This document shows positions 40,980-52,841 of a stretch of 64,000 nucleotides of DNA, in pieces (position 1 is the first letter of the stretch; each line of letters opens with the position of its first letter). A program made the position numbers and the translations under genes. The DNA is from Rhizodiscina lignyota (Eukaryota): NCBI GenBank assembly GCA_010015805.1, contig ML978128.1:496001-560000 (forward strand), written 5' to 3'. The notes beneath the pieces are model-generated. The model ran no database searches and was not told where the DNA came from. It worked only from the letters and a program-made list of their open reading frames with translations.

Positions 40980-42403
40980 CGTGGAAAGGTGTTATAGGCT
41001 TTGTCGAGATATGTGGTGGAGTGAGGTATCGTGTCTCGGAGGTGATGCGGGGAGTTTGCGGTGAAGGATGCAAAAGTTATGTTGAGAAGGAGGAAGCGCT
41101 GTCCAGTCTATATACCATAAGTTAGATGATACTCTCATGATATGGACCAAGCCTCAACTTAAGTCATACCTTTTATTGCGCCTGCCTAGAAGGCGTGGAA
41201 GCAGTTGCGATCTGTAGCTCCGACCCCTGCTACTTTTCGGCCGTCGAAATGGCTGCTGTCTGAAAGGAAGTTGAAGGAGCGAGGCAAACAGAAATGAAAT
41301 TCGAGGCTGCGATTGATGAAGAGGAGTAGCTAGCGAGCCATTGGCATGCGTGAGGGATTTGCGTTGAGGGCGGGAGGAGTTGTTTGGATCAGCTGCAGGT
41401 GTAGCCCGTCTTGAGCTCCAGTCCGGAGCAGCAGAAAGCTTCGAAGAAATTATGGCGATAAGAAGCTCGGACCACCCTGACCTTTCTTTTGTCGACGTCA
41501 CTCCTGACCAGCGAAACTTTTCATCCGCATGCAGTCGTTGCAGAAATTGTTCTGGCCTTCGAAATTTTTCCTTTGACGTGCGCCGCAGAGTTTGCTGTCG
41601 TCCTCTGGACATTCAAGAGCAGGATTGAGATGGAGTGAGAGGACCTATAAAGGGTACTTTCACCCTCAGAGCACTTGGACGTCCGCCGGAAGCCGAAAAT
41701 GAAAAGGCAATTAATTCACCGTCTCATGTGGGGCTGAGCGAATCGCGCTCGTCTGAATACAACAGGACTTCAGAAGTCTTCAATTCCAATGTCTAGTTCG
41801 GAATCTCCATTGAACTGTCAAATCCCGCCGGCTTCGATGCGTTCTGATACCGATAAAATCCTCTCGAAACTCCTGTCCTGGTGGCTTTGGGATAGCAGAG
41901 TATCATCGGCACCGAAACATTCGACCGGCAACTTACCTGGGGCTTGAGACTGTGTGCTTTGTCACGGAATGCTGTCAGCAGTGAGCGTGCCTCTAGTGAG
42001 AGACTTGCACATCCCTGGCAGCTCTGTCCACAGCGTTCTCCGTTGATAGGCCATTACTTTCCATTACCATAGGCGCTGGTCTCTGGACAGATATGACTGA
42101 ATACCATCCTCACATCTCTTGTCTGATCCCGTACCATCAATGTCTTCCCTGTTCAGCTTGTACATCTCCTTCAGTAATCTTGTATTCAAATGCAAAGATG
42201 GCATCTATCGGAATGCCCACCACCGAGTATATCAGTATACTCCTCTATGATGAGAGATCAAGTGTCGTTTTGACATGTTTGTTTCAGGCTGAGGAGACAC
42301 ATCATACACTCTAATAATTAGCGCCACACTTTACTGAGCAGAATCTTCACCAACGCACCAAGAAGTACATCAAGCCTCTTCCGATCCCACTCCAGCAATA
42401 AGA

Positions 42404-42799
42404 TCAAGTGCGTAAAGTCGGAGAATGCTGACAGTTCAGAAAAACTCCCCAAGAGACGATGGTGATGATCAGCGGGGCAGATAAGATGGTGATGATCGCC
42501 AGGGTAGAATGGTTACGTGCGATGCGGTCAGTGGTTGCGACTTGCTGATTCAGTATACGACTCGCCGGGCCATGGTGGTTGTAGGTTGGATGGTATATGT
42601 CGCGAGTCGGCACAAGAGCACGCATGTTTGACGGCTGGAGCTGCTCATCATATATATAGTAGCTTTTCGCCACAGTTTCTTCCTTAAAGCCGTCAACTGG
42701 ATCATCGGCCAAAGAGAAGCCTGCTGTATGAAGGAGCCAGTCTGCGGCGAGCGAATGATATCTGGAATGGCGTCCCTCTTCCGTGATATGGCGAAGCAA
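42404..42799 (-). pseudogene. Degenerate inverted paralog of the orphan gene at 43680
   Basis: YIYDEQLQP-SNMRALVPTRDIYHP...QVATTDRIARN aligns with YIYDENLQP...SNMRALVPARDPYHP...QVAAVDRTARN; no ATG start and truncated. Confidence 0.65.
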
Positions 42800-43679
42800 T
42801 CTTCTGAGGCAGGATGTGTAAGCTACTCCCTGAGAACGTCATATGCCATTTCATCGGCGTGAGGAAGCTTCTTGCAAGTGGCGGGGGCAACTTCGATACC
42901 GCGGCTCCGCAGAATGTTCGCTCACTTGAAACTAGCTCCTTCGCACTGGCGAATCATTACGATTCACACCAGCGGCGACGATACGACCACGCAGATACGG
43001 AGGGACAATGCCTCACAGTCAGACAGGGCGATTAATTTGCTCTATAATCTATACTTGCTAGAAGATATGCTTTGCTGGTTTGCTCGGGGATTCGTCACGC
43101 GCCTGGAGTCAGACAAACGGATGGTATCGGTGGAAGGATATTTAAATAGCAGGATTCGAGAAAAGGTACTTGGACCATTACCGAGATTGAAGTCCATATC
43201 GCGGCACTATCCGGCACCATCAGATATGTACACACATGAGCGGTTGTGGTAGGTGAGGTGTGCAAATTTTTCACGTATTGTTCTTACACCTCTATTTCCA
43301 TACCTCAGCCATTCAATGACTCATCGACGAGCACGTGTCAGTGTTGATGGCGCAATTTGCAATTTGTGAATGCATTCTCTGAAGCATTGACCATGAATAA
43401 ACTTTTCGTACCTTCACCAGGCTGCCGCTACACATCAAAACAATGCCAAGACCCCCTATTTTCCAGCTCTATATATACAACTTCTACGACCAGCTTCTTC
43501 CTCTTCTTCTTTCTCCACACAACAAACAACCACATCGTAAGTTTACACAATGTTCGCTCGGGAAGCCTTTGGGCTTCTCATCAGCAATATGAAATGGATA
43601 TTACTGCAAAGACAGCGCCCAGCAAACACCTGGGCTTTCACTACCGATCCCCGGTTGATTCCTCCAAGAAAACCAAAAC

Positions 43680-44790
43680 ATGGAATTCCGACCTCACCAT
43701 GAGGAAGCTCAGACTGGACGGCCTCGCCGTCAACACTTGATCTGGGTCTATGGCCTCGACAACCCCATGCAGAGACTGCAAGGAAGGGAGCACCTTGAAC
43801 AAGGCCGTTATATCTACGACGAAAACCTACAGCCGCTTGAACTCTTCAATTGGGAATCAAACATGAGGGCTCTAGTTCCGGCTAGAGACCCGTACCATCC
43901 GCGGTATCAGAACGACCATGACCCTAACACCGCCAGCCCGCTGGTCAACTGGCAAGTCGCAGCCGTCGACAGGACGGCGCGCAATGTCCGAGCTGCCGAG
44001 GCCAACAGGGGTCGCGGTCGCGGTGGTCGTGGCCGACGATTCCGTCAACGAGCAACTGGAGCTGGCACCGCGGGCTATGGCCAGGGCCCGGTTGATTGGT
44101 ACGGCATCATGAGGATGCTGACCAACCAGCCGGCCCTCCCTGTGGATGGGCGTGGCCTCAGTAAGTTGTTCCACTCACCATTGACATGCAATGATACTTA
44201 TCTTCATAGCGATCCCGGCACGAGCACCAGTAGCGCCCATCATCCCTGCCGAGCAGGACCTCGCGGTTGATCCGCAGTACCGTTTCGCGCTGCCACCCCC
44301 CCACCCGCACCAGCTCGCCCCCGATTACGGTCACCAGCCGTGGTACGGCCCTGCGTACATCGGCCCCACCAACCTGGTGCTCCCGATCGTCGGGCACGAC
44401 GCTGCCGGCCGTCTCGTTGCGCACGGCATCGCCACCCCGGTGGACATGACGCCGATGCAGGCTCACCAAGCCATGGAGATGCACGACATCTTCACCGAGA
44501 TGGCCGCCAACCAAACGGCGTACGACGAGAACCTGGCGCACATCCACGCGCAGCTCCAGCGGTCGACGTACCGCATCTCCCGCTCAACCCCGGAGCACGA
44601 GCCGACAGACTTCCTCCAGCCCTGGACAGGCTACCATCGACGTCCTGCGCCCGCGAGCGCACCGGTCCCGCATGTCCCGTTCCGCCCACCGCCCAGGGAG
44701 GAGACACCCACGCCGGAGGCCCAGGCCCGGGCACGCCGACTTGCCCGCCTCAGGGAACCGTACGAGGATGAGGATGAGTTGTGGGGATGA
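43680..44790 (+). CDS. Orphan hypothetical protein with RG/RGG box; intron 44161-44209
   Basis: Two ORFs join in frame via GTAAGT..TAG; GC3-rich codon bias in exon 2; RGRGRGGRGRR; exact start uncertain. Confidence 0.65.
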
Positions 44791-44881
44791 GGAGGAGTTG
44801 TGGTGAGGTGGATAGGTGTGGTGAGGGTGGACATGGAGGAGCATGGGTGCAAAAAGCGCCTGCCAAATACAGTGGCAGCAA

Positions 44882-45001
44882 TTGGTTTTTGTTTTTTGTT
44901 TTTGTTTTTGGTTGTGGTTTTTGGTTTTGGGTTTGGTTTTGGGTTTTGGGGTTTTTGGTTTTTGGGTTTGGGTTTTTTTGGGTTTGGGTTTTTTGGTTTT
45001 G
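44882..45001 (+). repeat. ~120-bp G/T-only low-complexity tract (irregular T1-7G1-4 units)
   Basis: ttggtttttgttttttg...gggttttggggtttttgg...; no A or C within the tract. Confidence 0.95.
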
Positions 45002-45323
45002 CCTTGTTTTGTCTTTTCTGCATCGCCTCGCAAGGCGATTAAAAGTTTATAGATTTTTTTGGTACCAGAGAGGTACAAAATTTGCACAAGTTACAAGCCC
45101 ATTCATTCTTTGAGTCTTTGTCTGCCATGTGATGTCCAGCTCCCAGTGAATTCAGTGCACATCTCTGCCGGAAGAGACATATGTCTTGGACACTCTGTTG
45201 GGACAGTTGACATAAGCTGTGTGACATATTTGTTTGCTGCCACTTTCAAGACACTGCACAGTTGTTGTGTATAGCCTCGAGTAGCAACCAAATGTACAAG
45301 TTTTCCATCAGTGTTGCGATTGT

Positions 45324-45420
45324 AAAATACATTCCAGAGACCGCAGAACTGAACTTTTAGCGATGCTCTCGAATGCCTTGAAGAGCGAGAGCGGCGTAAC
45401 TCTTAGCGTTACAGACTTAA
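45324..45420. repeat. Isolated copy of the 165-bp repeat family
   Basis: agaactgaactttt..gatgctctc..ttgaagagcgaga..tagcgttacag matches the units at 46340, 46504 and 46669. Confidence 0.75.
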
Positions 45421-45590
45421 CGGACGTCAAGGTACTCCATATTACCCTTCGACATCGTATCTTCAACGTCCTGCCGATTCCGCTCCGACTACCGGGCCGA
45501 GAAGAAAGCTAGAGACCGACCAGACGAATTGACCGCCAGGCCTGTCTCGGGGAAGGCGCGCAACTGTTGTGTATACACTCCGAAGAAACT

Positions 45591-46170
45591 CGAATGAAAG
45601 CTCAACCCCTTCGCACAGAGCGGAAGCTCAGCAAGTGCACTTAGTCAAAAGGAAGCTAAATCTATTTGAGCAAACTACAAGTCAAGCTCCCGTAAATAGT
45701 CGAATGGAAGCTCAACTACCACGAGCAGAGTAGAAGCCAAACGAGTGTCCTCGGCCAATATAAAGCTGAATCTGTTTGGGCAAAATAGAAGTTGAGCGCA
45801 CGCACATGATTGAATGGAAGCTCAACATATATTCGCAGAGCGGAAGCTAAAGGAGTGTCCTTAATCAAAACAAAGCTCAATCTGTTTGGGCATAATGGCA
45901 GTTAAGCGCCCGCAAATACTTGAATAGAAGCTCGACCTCTATGCGTAGAGCGGAAGTAAAGGAAGTATACTTAGTTAAAACAGAGCTTAATCTCTTTGGG
46001 CAACTTGTGAATTAAGCGCCTGTATATCGCCGAATGGAATCTCAACTCCCACGCGTAGAGTAAAAGTTACGGGAGTGTACTTTGTCAAAATAAAGCTAGA
46101 TTAAGCTGAGTAAGTTACAAGTTAAGTTCCCGCAAATAATTGAATAGTAGCCCAACCTCTACGTGCAAGT
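45591..46170. repeat. Degenerate 110-bp tandem array: 5 full copies plus a partial sixth
   Basis: Units start at 45591, 45701, 45811, 45921, 46031 and 46141 with YGAATRGAAGCTCAAC; ungapped alignment. Confidence 0.92.
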
Positions 46171-46174
46171 TGGG

Positions 46175-46775
46175 GCTTAGCGAATGCTATATAATAGAAA
46201 GAAACCTTATAATATAGTCTCGCTTGCCTTCAGGTGCGAGAAGCGTTCGCCCTTTTGCGTTTCGGCTTGCGAGGTGGTCAAATGCGCCGAGGGTAGCAAT
46301 TGAATTTGCTGAAACTTTCAGAGCATAGAGCAGCTAAGTCATAAATACTCTAAATATAATAGAACTGAACTTTCACAGATGCTCTCACTTGAATCAAGGA
46401 GCGAGAAGTATTTTCCCTTGAGCGTTAAAGCCTGCTCGTCGGCCAGATGCGCTAAAGATGACACATAAAGTTGCCCAAACTTATAGGGATGGGTTAGCTA
46501 ATTCATAAATACTCCAAAGAACGCGGAATTGACCTTTTCGAGATGCTCTCAATTCTCTTGAGAGCAAGAAGTATTCGGCCTTAGACGTTGTAGCGCACCC
46601 AGTAGTCTGGTACGCTAAGGGTACTAAAGGGGGCAAGCTAGAGCCTTCTAGGCATAGAACGACGAAGTCATAGACACTCCAAAGGACGTAGAACTAAACT
46701 TTCAGGAGTGCTGTCAATTCTCTTAAAGAGTAAAAGGTATTCCGCATAAGACGTTACAGCGTACCCAGTAGCCAA
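46175..46775. repeat. Degenerate 164-165-bp tandem array, about 4 copies
   Basis: cataaatactc/catagacactc at 46340, 46504 and 46669; gcgagaag at 46236 and 46401; shared gaactt..gatgctctc..agagc.agaagtatt..gacgtt. Confidence 0.85.
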
Positions 46776-46919
46776 AGTATATACACTCTAACGAACATTA
46801 AATTAGACTTTCGGATGCCATCTTGCTTACTTTTTTATCACCCCAGAACTGCGTCATCGACTATTCACGTTTTAAAATACCCCCTTTCTTCATCCTCGCT
46901 CTCAAATTTCATCAATCAA

Positions 46920-48388
46920 ATGAAACGCTCAGCTCCTTCAACTAAGGCCTTGCCAAAGGCGAAGAAACTTCGACCTGAGGTGCCAGAGTACCATCTTGCG
47001 CCGTCGTTGAAAGATGAGGACGGCAACATCATTTGGCCTGCTCCAAAGTCACAGATCGACAATGCAAGAAGATTCATACAAGAATGGTATGCAAATGACT
47101 ACAGTCAAGCTATCCGTCTGGTTCAGGCCTTCTGAGAGTGAAGCACCATTGCTGACATTGCTTCAGTGCTAAATCGAACAAACCCACTCTGATTGTTCCA
47201 GACAAAGACGCCGACGGCCTCACATCTGGTGCAATCCTTAGGACCACACTACGCCTTCTCGGCCTTCCAGAGGAGCTAATCGAAATCCATCTCCTGTCGA
47301 AGGGAACGACTGTCCACGATGAATCAGAACGCACTGCAATGGCCGCTCACTCACCGGCGTATATCTTCATTCTGGACCACGGATCCCGGCAATCGCCTCC
47401 AGCCATAGATCCGCCCCACAAGTGCCTCGTTATCGATCATCACCACATCCCGGACTCATCCAGTTTCCCCAAAGGCGCCGAATTTGTTAATGCCTGCAAC
47501 TGTCCGCCTGTACCTACGACATCCTTGCTTACCTACCTGATTTGCGAGACTCTTCATCCCGACGTGCCGTATCTCTGTGACTGGCTCGCGGTCATCGGGA
47601 CGTATGGCGATCTGAGCAGCACCATCAAATGGTCTCCACCTTTCCCGGACATGTCAGGCACGTTGAAGAAGTACACGAAGAAAGCACTCAACGACTGCGT
47701 CTCCTTACTAAACGGCCCTCGCCGTACAAATCTCTACGACACCATCACCGCCTGGACAGCGCTTCTCGCAGCCGCAGATCAAAGTACCACGGAACCGGAG
47801 GCGTACAAAGCAGACCTAGACAAGATCCTCGGCAACAAGCGCCTCATCCAAGCCCGCCAAGACATCCATGTCGAAGTCGAACGCTGCACGCACGTGGCGC
47901 CAAAGTTCAGCCGCGACGCCACGATCGCGGTGCTTCGCATCCGCTCGGCCTTCCAGGTGCACCCGGTCATCGCGACGCGCTGGGCCGGCACCCTGAGCTC
48001 GAAGAAGCTGCAGGTCGTGCTCGTCGCCAACGAGGGCTACATCCTCGGCAAGGTGAACTTCTCGTGCCGGATCCCGCGCTGTGCGCGAGCACGCGCGGCA
48101 GAAGAGGGTGGAGAGGAGGTGAACATTATTAATGTGCTGAAGGAGGCAGCTGGGCGGGGCGGAGATCTGCTCGAGCGAATGGGCGATAGCTTTGCGAGAG
48201 GGCATAAGGAGGCGAGTGGGGGCATCGTTGGGGCAGAAGAGTTTGAGGAACTAATGGGTGTGCTAGGGGTCGGGGAGAAACCGGACGGGCCGGGAAGTAA
48301 GAGTGATAGTCCGAAGAAGGCAAAGGCAGCTGGGCAAAAGAATACGTTGATGAATTACTTTGGTGCCAAGACTGGCGGAGGCATTTGA
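46920..48388 (+). CDS. DHH-family phosphoesterase (RecJ-like, DHH plus DHHA1); intron 47087-47166
   Basis: Motif I PDKDADGLTSG; motif II ILDHG; motif III VIDHHH; motif IV GTYGD; DHHA1-like FSCR and ARGHKEASGG. Confidence 0.88.
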
Positions 48389-51197
48389 GACGGTTGGTTC
48401 GAATGCACCTCACGTATCATTGGCGGAAGAGCTCCAAGATAGCGGTACATATGGAGGCCTGTTGAAGGCGAGGGCATATCACGGCGCCTGCCGGATAGCC
48501 GCCGGACGTTCCAGTGGGCGAGATTCCCGCGAGAAGAACGGTTTGATAGCTTCAGTTGGACCCCGTTTTGAAAGCAATTTACATCACAGTAAGCCGCAAC
48601 GTTCGCTCCGAGGACGATTCTGCATGCGAGTGAGCACTTCATACCCATCTGGACATCACCCAAATCTCGATCGCGATAATCACCGACCGGCAGTTCCGGA
48701 GAAGCTTATGGCGCAACTATCTGTGCACTGTAGTGTACATCAGAAGCACGCCTTGGCGCTCACGACTTGCTGCATCTATAGCAATAGCGGCTTAGGGGGC
48801 TTGCTAGGGGGTGCTATCACACGTGGCTCACTTGCGCGTGCGGAGAACCTGGGAGGTACGTCCCCAAGGTTCCAACCCCAGGGCTTGGCGCCGCTTGCCA
48901 TGGATTTGCTTGTCATCGCCGGGCATGTATGGAGCACTTCTCGAAGGAGTGGCTGCACGATCGGCATGCTTCCACGTGGTGCTCGCGTGGATGCAAGGCG
49001 TTCGTCGCGAGAAGGCTGCATGGAGAAGGTGCGAACATGGCTTCTATGCGTGCCGATACGAGACGTTGTATCGCCGACTAGGCCTGTATTTGAGGAATAT
49101 TTGAGATGTTTCTATGGCTATGGTAGCCAATTGGAATAAAGATGCGAGAATTGCGTCGATTTGTGTAAGACATGAACGAGCTTTTGCGAGAGAAAGGGGA
49201 GTGGTGATGGTGATGAGAAGACTGGAAAGAATATGAATGATGTAGAGAGAGGCCCAACAGCTAGAAAGTGAGGAGAGCCACAGGATTACCATCTGCCGAA
49301 AGTCTAGTGTATAACATGAAATACGTGAGTGTGCGTGATTAGATCGCAGGCCCACCTCCATAGATGTATTGCCCTTTCCGGCAGGATCGCTGATTCGCTG
49401 GATACAATCCTTCGCTCTTCGGGTAAGCTTCTAGAAACCGAGATAACCCTGACCGACTAGCGAATCTCCTGTCACCTGTAGACGCTGGCCTGGGGGTGGA
49501 GGGCTATTTGCATCGTTGGACAGGCGGGCCACGTTTCGAGGCTCTGCTTCTGCAACAGCGCGTACAAGGGTCGTATAACGCTACTTCTCGCTCGTTGTCT
49601 TCGTCAGCGTTAGTCTCGCCGTGCGATCCCTGAATCTGGAAGCCGTGTAGTTGCATAAGATGATGGAAGCAGCGAACCGCCCGAAGCTCGGCCATTTCAT
49701 GGACATTCAGGATGGCTTTTCGCAAGTCGCGTCGTCGGAAACGTCTCTCGCACGGTACGTGCACGATAGCAAGTATCGGGTAGTTGTTTCGCCCGAATGG
49801 GAAAGAAATCCCGACGTCACTTGAAGCAATAATTCACGAAGAACAAAGAGCGCATTCGCTTGAGAAATGCACGATTCCACGAGACCGCGAGAGATCTTTC
49901 GTAAACGTCGGGTACGAGGCGGACGCACCTCATCAATTTGACATGCTCCATCATCCACCCTGGCACGCAGCCCAGCATGGCCCGGACTGTCCCCTGCTTC
50001 CCCTTCTTCCACAAAGCTTCTGGAAAGGCGCAAGGGTCGGCTTCCGCAATATGCATGAGGCACGCGCGGGTGAGAGGAGGGGGTTTTGAATCTCTTCCGC
50101 CGCTCATGCCGCAATGCTCCAGCTGGTGGTCGAGTGGACGTCTCAAAAGCATGCCCAGACAGGCAATCAGGCTGATTCCTTGTAATTGCGTCGAGGCGGC
50201 CGTTTGGAAGTATGAATGCATCCGGAGAGGAGGCCGCGTGAGACGCTCGAGAAGGGCCATTCGAATGGGCTTGATGACATCCATCTGAACCCCGCCATGC
50301 CCCGCATCTCAGCACATGGCCAAGAGGGCGAATTGTAGGTAAACACTGCTTCCCACTACACTGACAAATGGCGTCAATTCCAGAGCTGTGGTAGACCGTG
50401 TAATTGAATAGACCTAGACAGGCATCCTTGACATTTGGCCGCCTGCGACTGACTTCCACCCTAATCTGCCCGCGGCGAGTTGGTCTGTTCGACGAATAGC
50501 TCGTCGCGTCCGAGCAATTCGCGAGCAGGCTTCGTGCGAGCAGGCCGCATGCGGTAACGCGCAAGAACAGGCGTCGTGTCGATGTCGTGCGAGCCTGCAA
50601 CGCTGTCTGTAGAGGGTGTACTACGAGCAGAGAGGGGGCTGCTCCAGCTGCTCCCAGACGAGTGGATCTGAAGAATGTGAGAGATGACCACTGGTCGGGA
50701 TGGGAGCGCGAGGGCGGAGTCCAGGTGAGGGATGACGATGCTCGTGCTAAGGTTTCGTGCACGTATTTAGGAAGGTGCCTCCGCTCTGCTGTGCTCGGAT
50801 TTCTTGGATGAAGACGGTTTTTGCATTGTTCCACGACGCTTTTCACTGCTATAAATCTAGTCGCAAGCCCCGGATCGAGGAGCTTGCTCACATCTTGACT
50901 TCAACTCCACCGCTCTCCACTCCTCCCTCCCACGAGACCTGACGCAGGATTCTCAAATACGCACCTGTAGCTGCTTAAGCCATCGCGGCGGCCCCACACT
51001 GCTGCAAGCGCCAGTGCAAGTACCGCACGAGTACGTCAGGGATCTACTTCTTCCGACGCTGGAGCTAGAGCTCCGATAGCTCCACTGAGCTCCTGCATCG
51101 GCAGCGTCACCCAGACGACATTTATCTAACTGCCCTGCAGGTTTTTTCTTCCCAAACTTGTCAATTCGACTTCTTTCCTTCTAGGCAAGAAATCAAA

Positions 51198-52684
51198 ATG
51201 GTATTTGTCCGCTCCGTCTCGCGTCTCGCCCGCCCTGCAGCCCAGTCGCTCTTCTGTGGCGCGTCGAGGAGGAGTAGTCTGACGCGGGGAGCTACGCTGC
51301 TACGCGGAGGATATCAAACGCGGCTAACATCAAGTCACACCCATCAGGGCAAGGTGCTTCTGGTCCTCTATGATGTGAGTTTCCCGTTCGGTTCTTCACA
51401 AAGGAAATGCTCTAGCAAGCCGAGAACTGGGCAGTTGCCGATGGCATTGAGTTCGTGCTGAGCTAATCCTTGTCATCAGGGCGGCATCCACGCCGAGCAA
51501 GAACCCCAGCTTCTAGGAACGACTGAGAATGAGCTCGGTATCAGGAAGTGGCTCGAGGATAACGGTCACACCCTCGTTACCACCTCAGACAAGGAGGGCG
51601 AGAACTCGAAATTCGACCAGGAGCTCGTTGACGCTGAGGTCATCATTACCACTCCGTACGTCTGGCCTCAGTGGGGCAGAAAGCTTCACTTAGAGCTATA
51701 GCTAACTCACCTACCAATCCTAAAGCTTCCACCCCGGTTACCTTACCGCAGAGCGTCTCGCCAAGGCGAAGAAGCTCAAGCTCGCAGTCACTGCCGGTAT
51801 TGGCTCCGACCACGTGGATCTCAATGCAGCCAACAAGACCAACGGCGGTATTACCGTTGCTGAGGTCACTGGCAGCAATGTCGTCTCCGTCGCCGAGCAC
51901 GTCGTCATGACCATCCTCACCCTCGTCCGCAACTTTGTCCCAGCTCACGAGCAGATCCAGGCAGGCGAGTGGAATGTCGCTGAGGTCGCTAAGAACGAGT
52001 ACGACCTTGAGAACAAGGTCGTCGGAACTGTCGCTGTTGGCCGTATTGGCGAGCGTGTGCTGAGGAGACTGAAGCCATTCGACTGCAAGGAGCTGCTGTA
52101 CTTCGACTACCAACCACTCTCGCCAGAGAAGGAGAAGGAGATCGGATGCAGGCGCGTCGAAAGTCTCGAAGAGATGCTTGCACAGTGCGACGTTGTCACC
52201 ATCAACTGCCCGCTGCACGAGAAGACAAGGGGACTGTTCAACAAGGATCTCATCTCCAAGATGAAGAAGGGTACGTCACTCTCATCTCCTATTCGCTCAT
52301 ATCGAGATTAGTACCTAACATAATTCCCAATTCACAGGCTCCTGGCTCATCAACACTGCCCGTGGTGCCATCGTCGTGAAGGAGGATGTCGCCGACGCCC
52401 TCAAGTCCGGCCAGCTCCGTGGCTATGGTGGTGACGTGTGGTTCCCACAGCCCGCTCCCAAGGACCACCCACTCCGCTATGCCAAGAACCCATGGGGAGG
52501 CGGGAATGCCATGGTTGCCCACATGTCCGGTACCTCGATCGACGCACAGAAGCGCTACGCCGCTGGTACCAAGGCCATCCTGGACAGCTACTTCTCCGGC
52601 CGCTTCGACTACAATCCCCAAGATCTTATCGTACACGATGGTGACTACGCGACCAAGGCGTATGGCCAGCGGGAGAAGAAGTAA
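51198..52684 (+). CDS. fdh: NAD-dependent formate dehydrogenase; introns 51375-51479, 51656-51725, 52271-52337, plus optional intron 51201-51347
   Basis: [70 protein letters not shown]. Confidence 0.97.
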
Positions 52685-52841
52685 GCGTCTCGTCTCGTCA
52701 GCGTGATTTTCGGAGCGGACGAAAGGGGACGATGCTGTGATGATTTTTCGGGATACCGTCGTTGGAAAATGGGTATATAGCTTCGATCCAATCATGCAAA
52801 TTGAATCCATTGGCAGGCCAAATCCAATATAAATAGTTTCT

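Noticed and set aside
44584..45113. Lys/Pro-rich and Phe/Gly-rich ORFs across the G/T tract
   Set aside because: Artefacts of a stop-free low-complexity sequence.
45040..45300. Cys/His-rich short frames suggesting a gag or LINE zinc knuckle
   Set aside because: No correctly spaced CCHC motif in a single frame, and no RT or transposase nearby.
45591..46775. CRISPR array interpretation of the repeats
   Set aside because: Eukaryotic context, no cas genes, and the units are homologous along their whole length rather than identical repeats with unique spacers.
49707..50891. 394-aa minus-strand ORF and neighbouring ORFs upstream of fdh
   Set aside because: No domain motifs; Arg/Ser/Cys-rich composition typical of non-coding frames; likely the long fdh promoter region.
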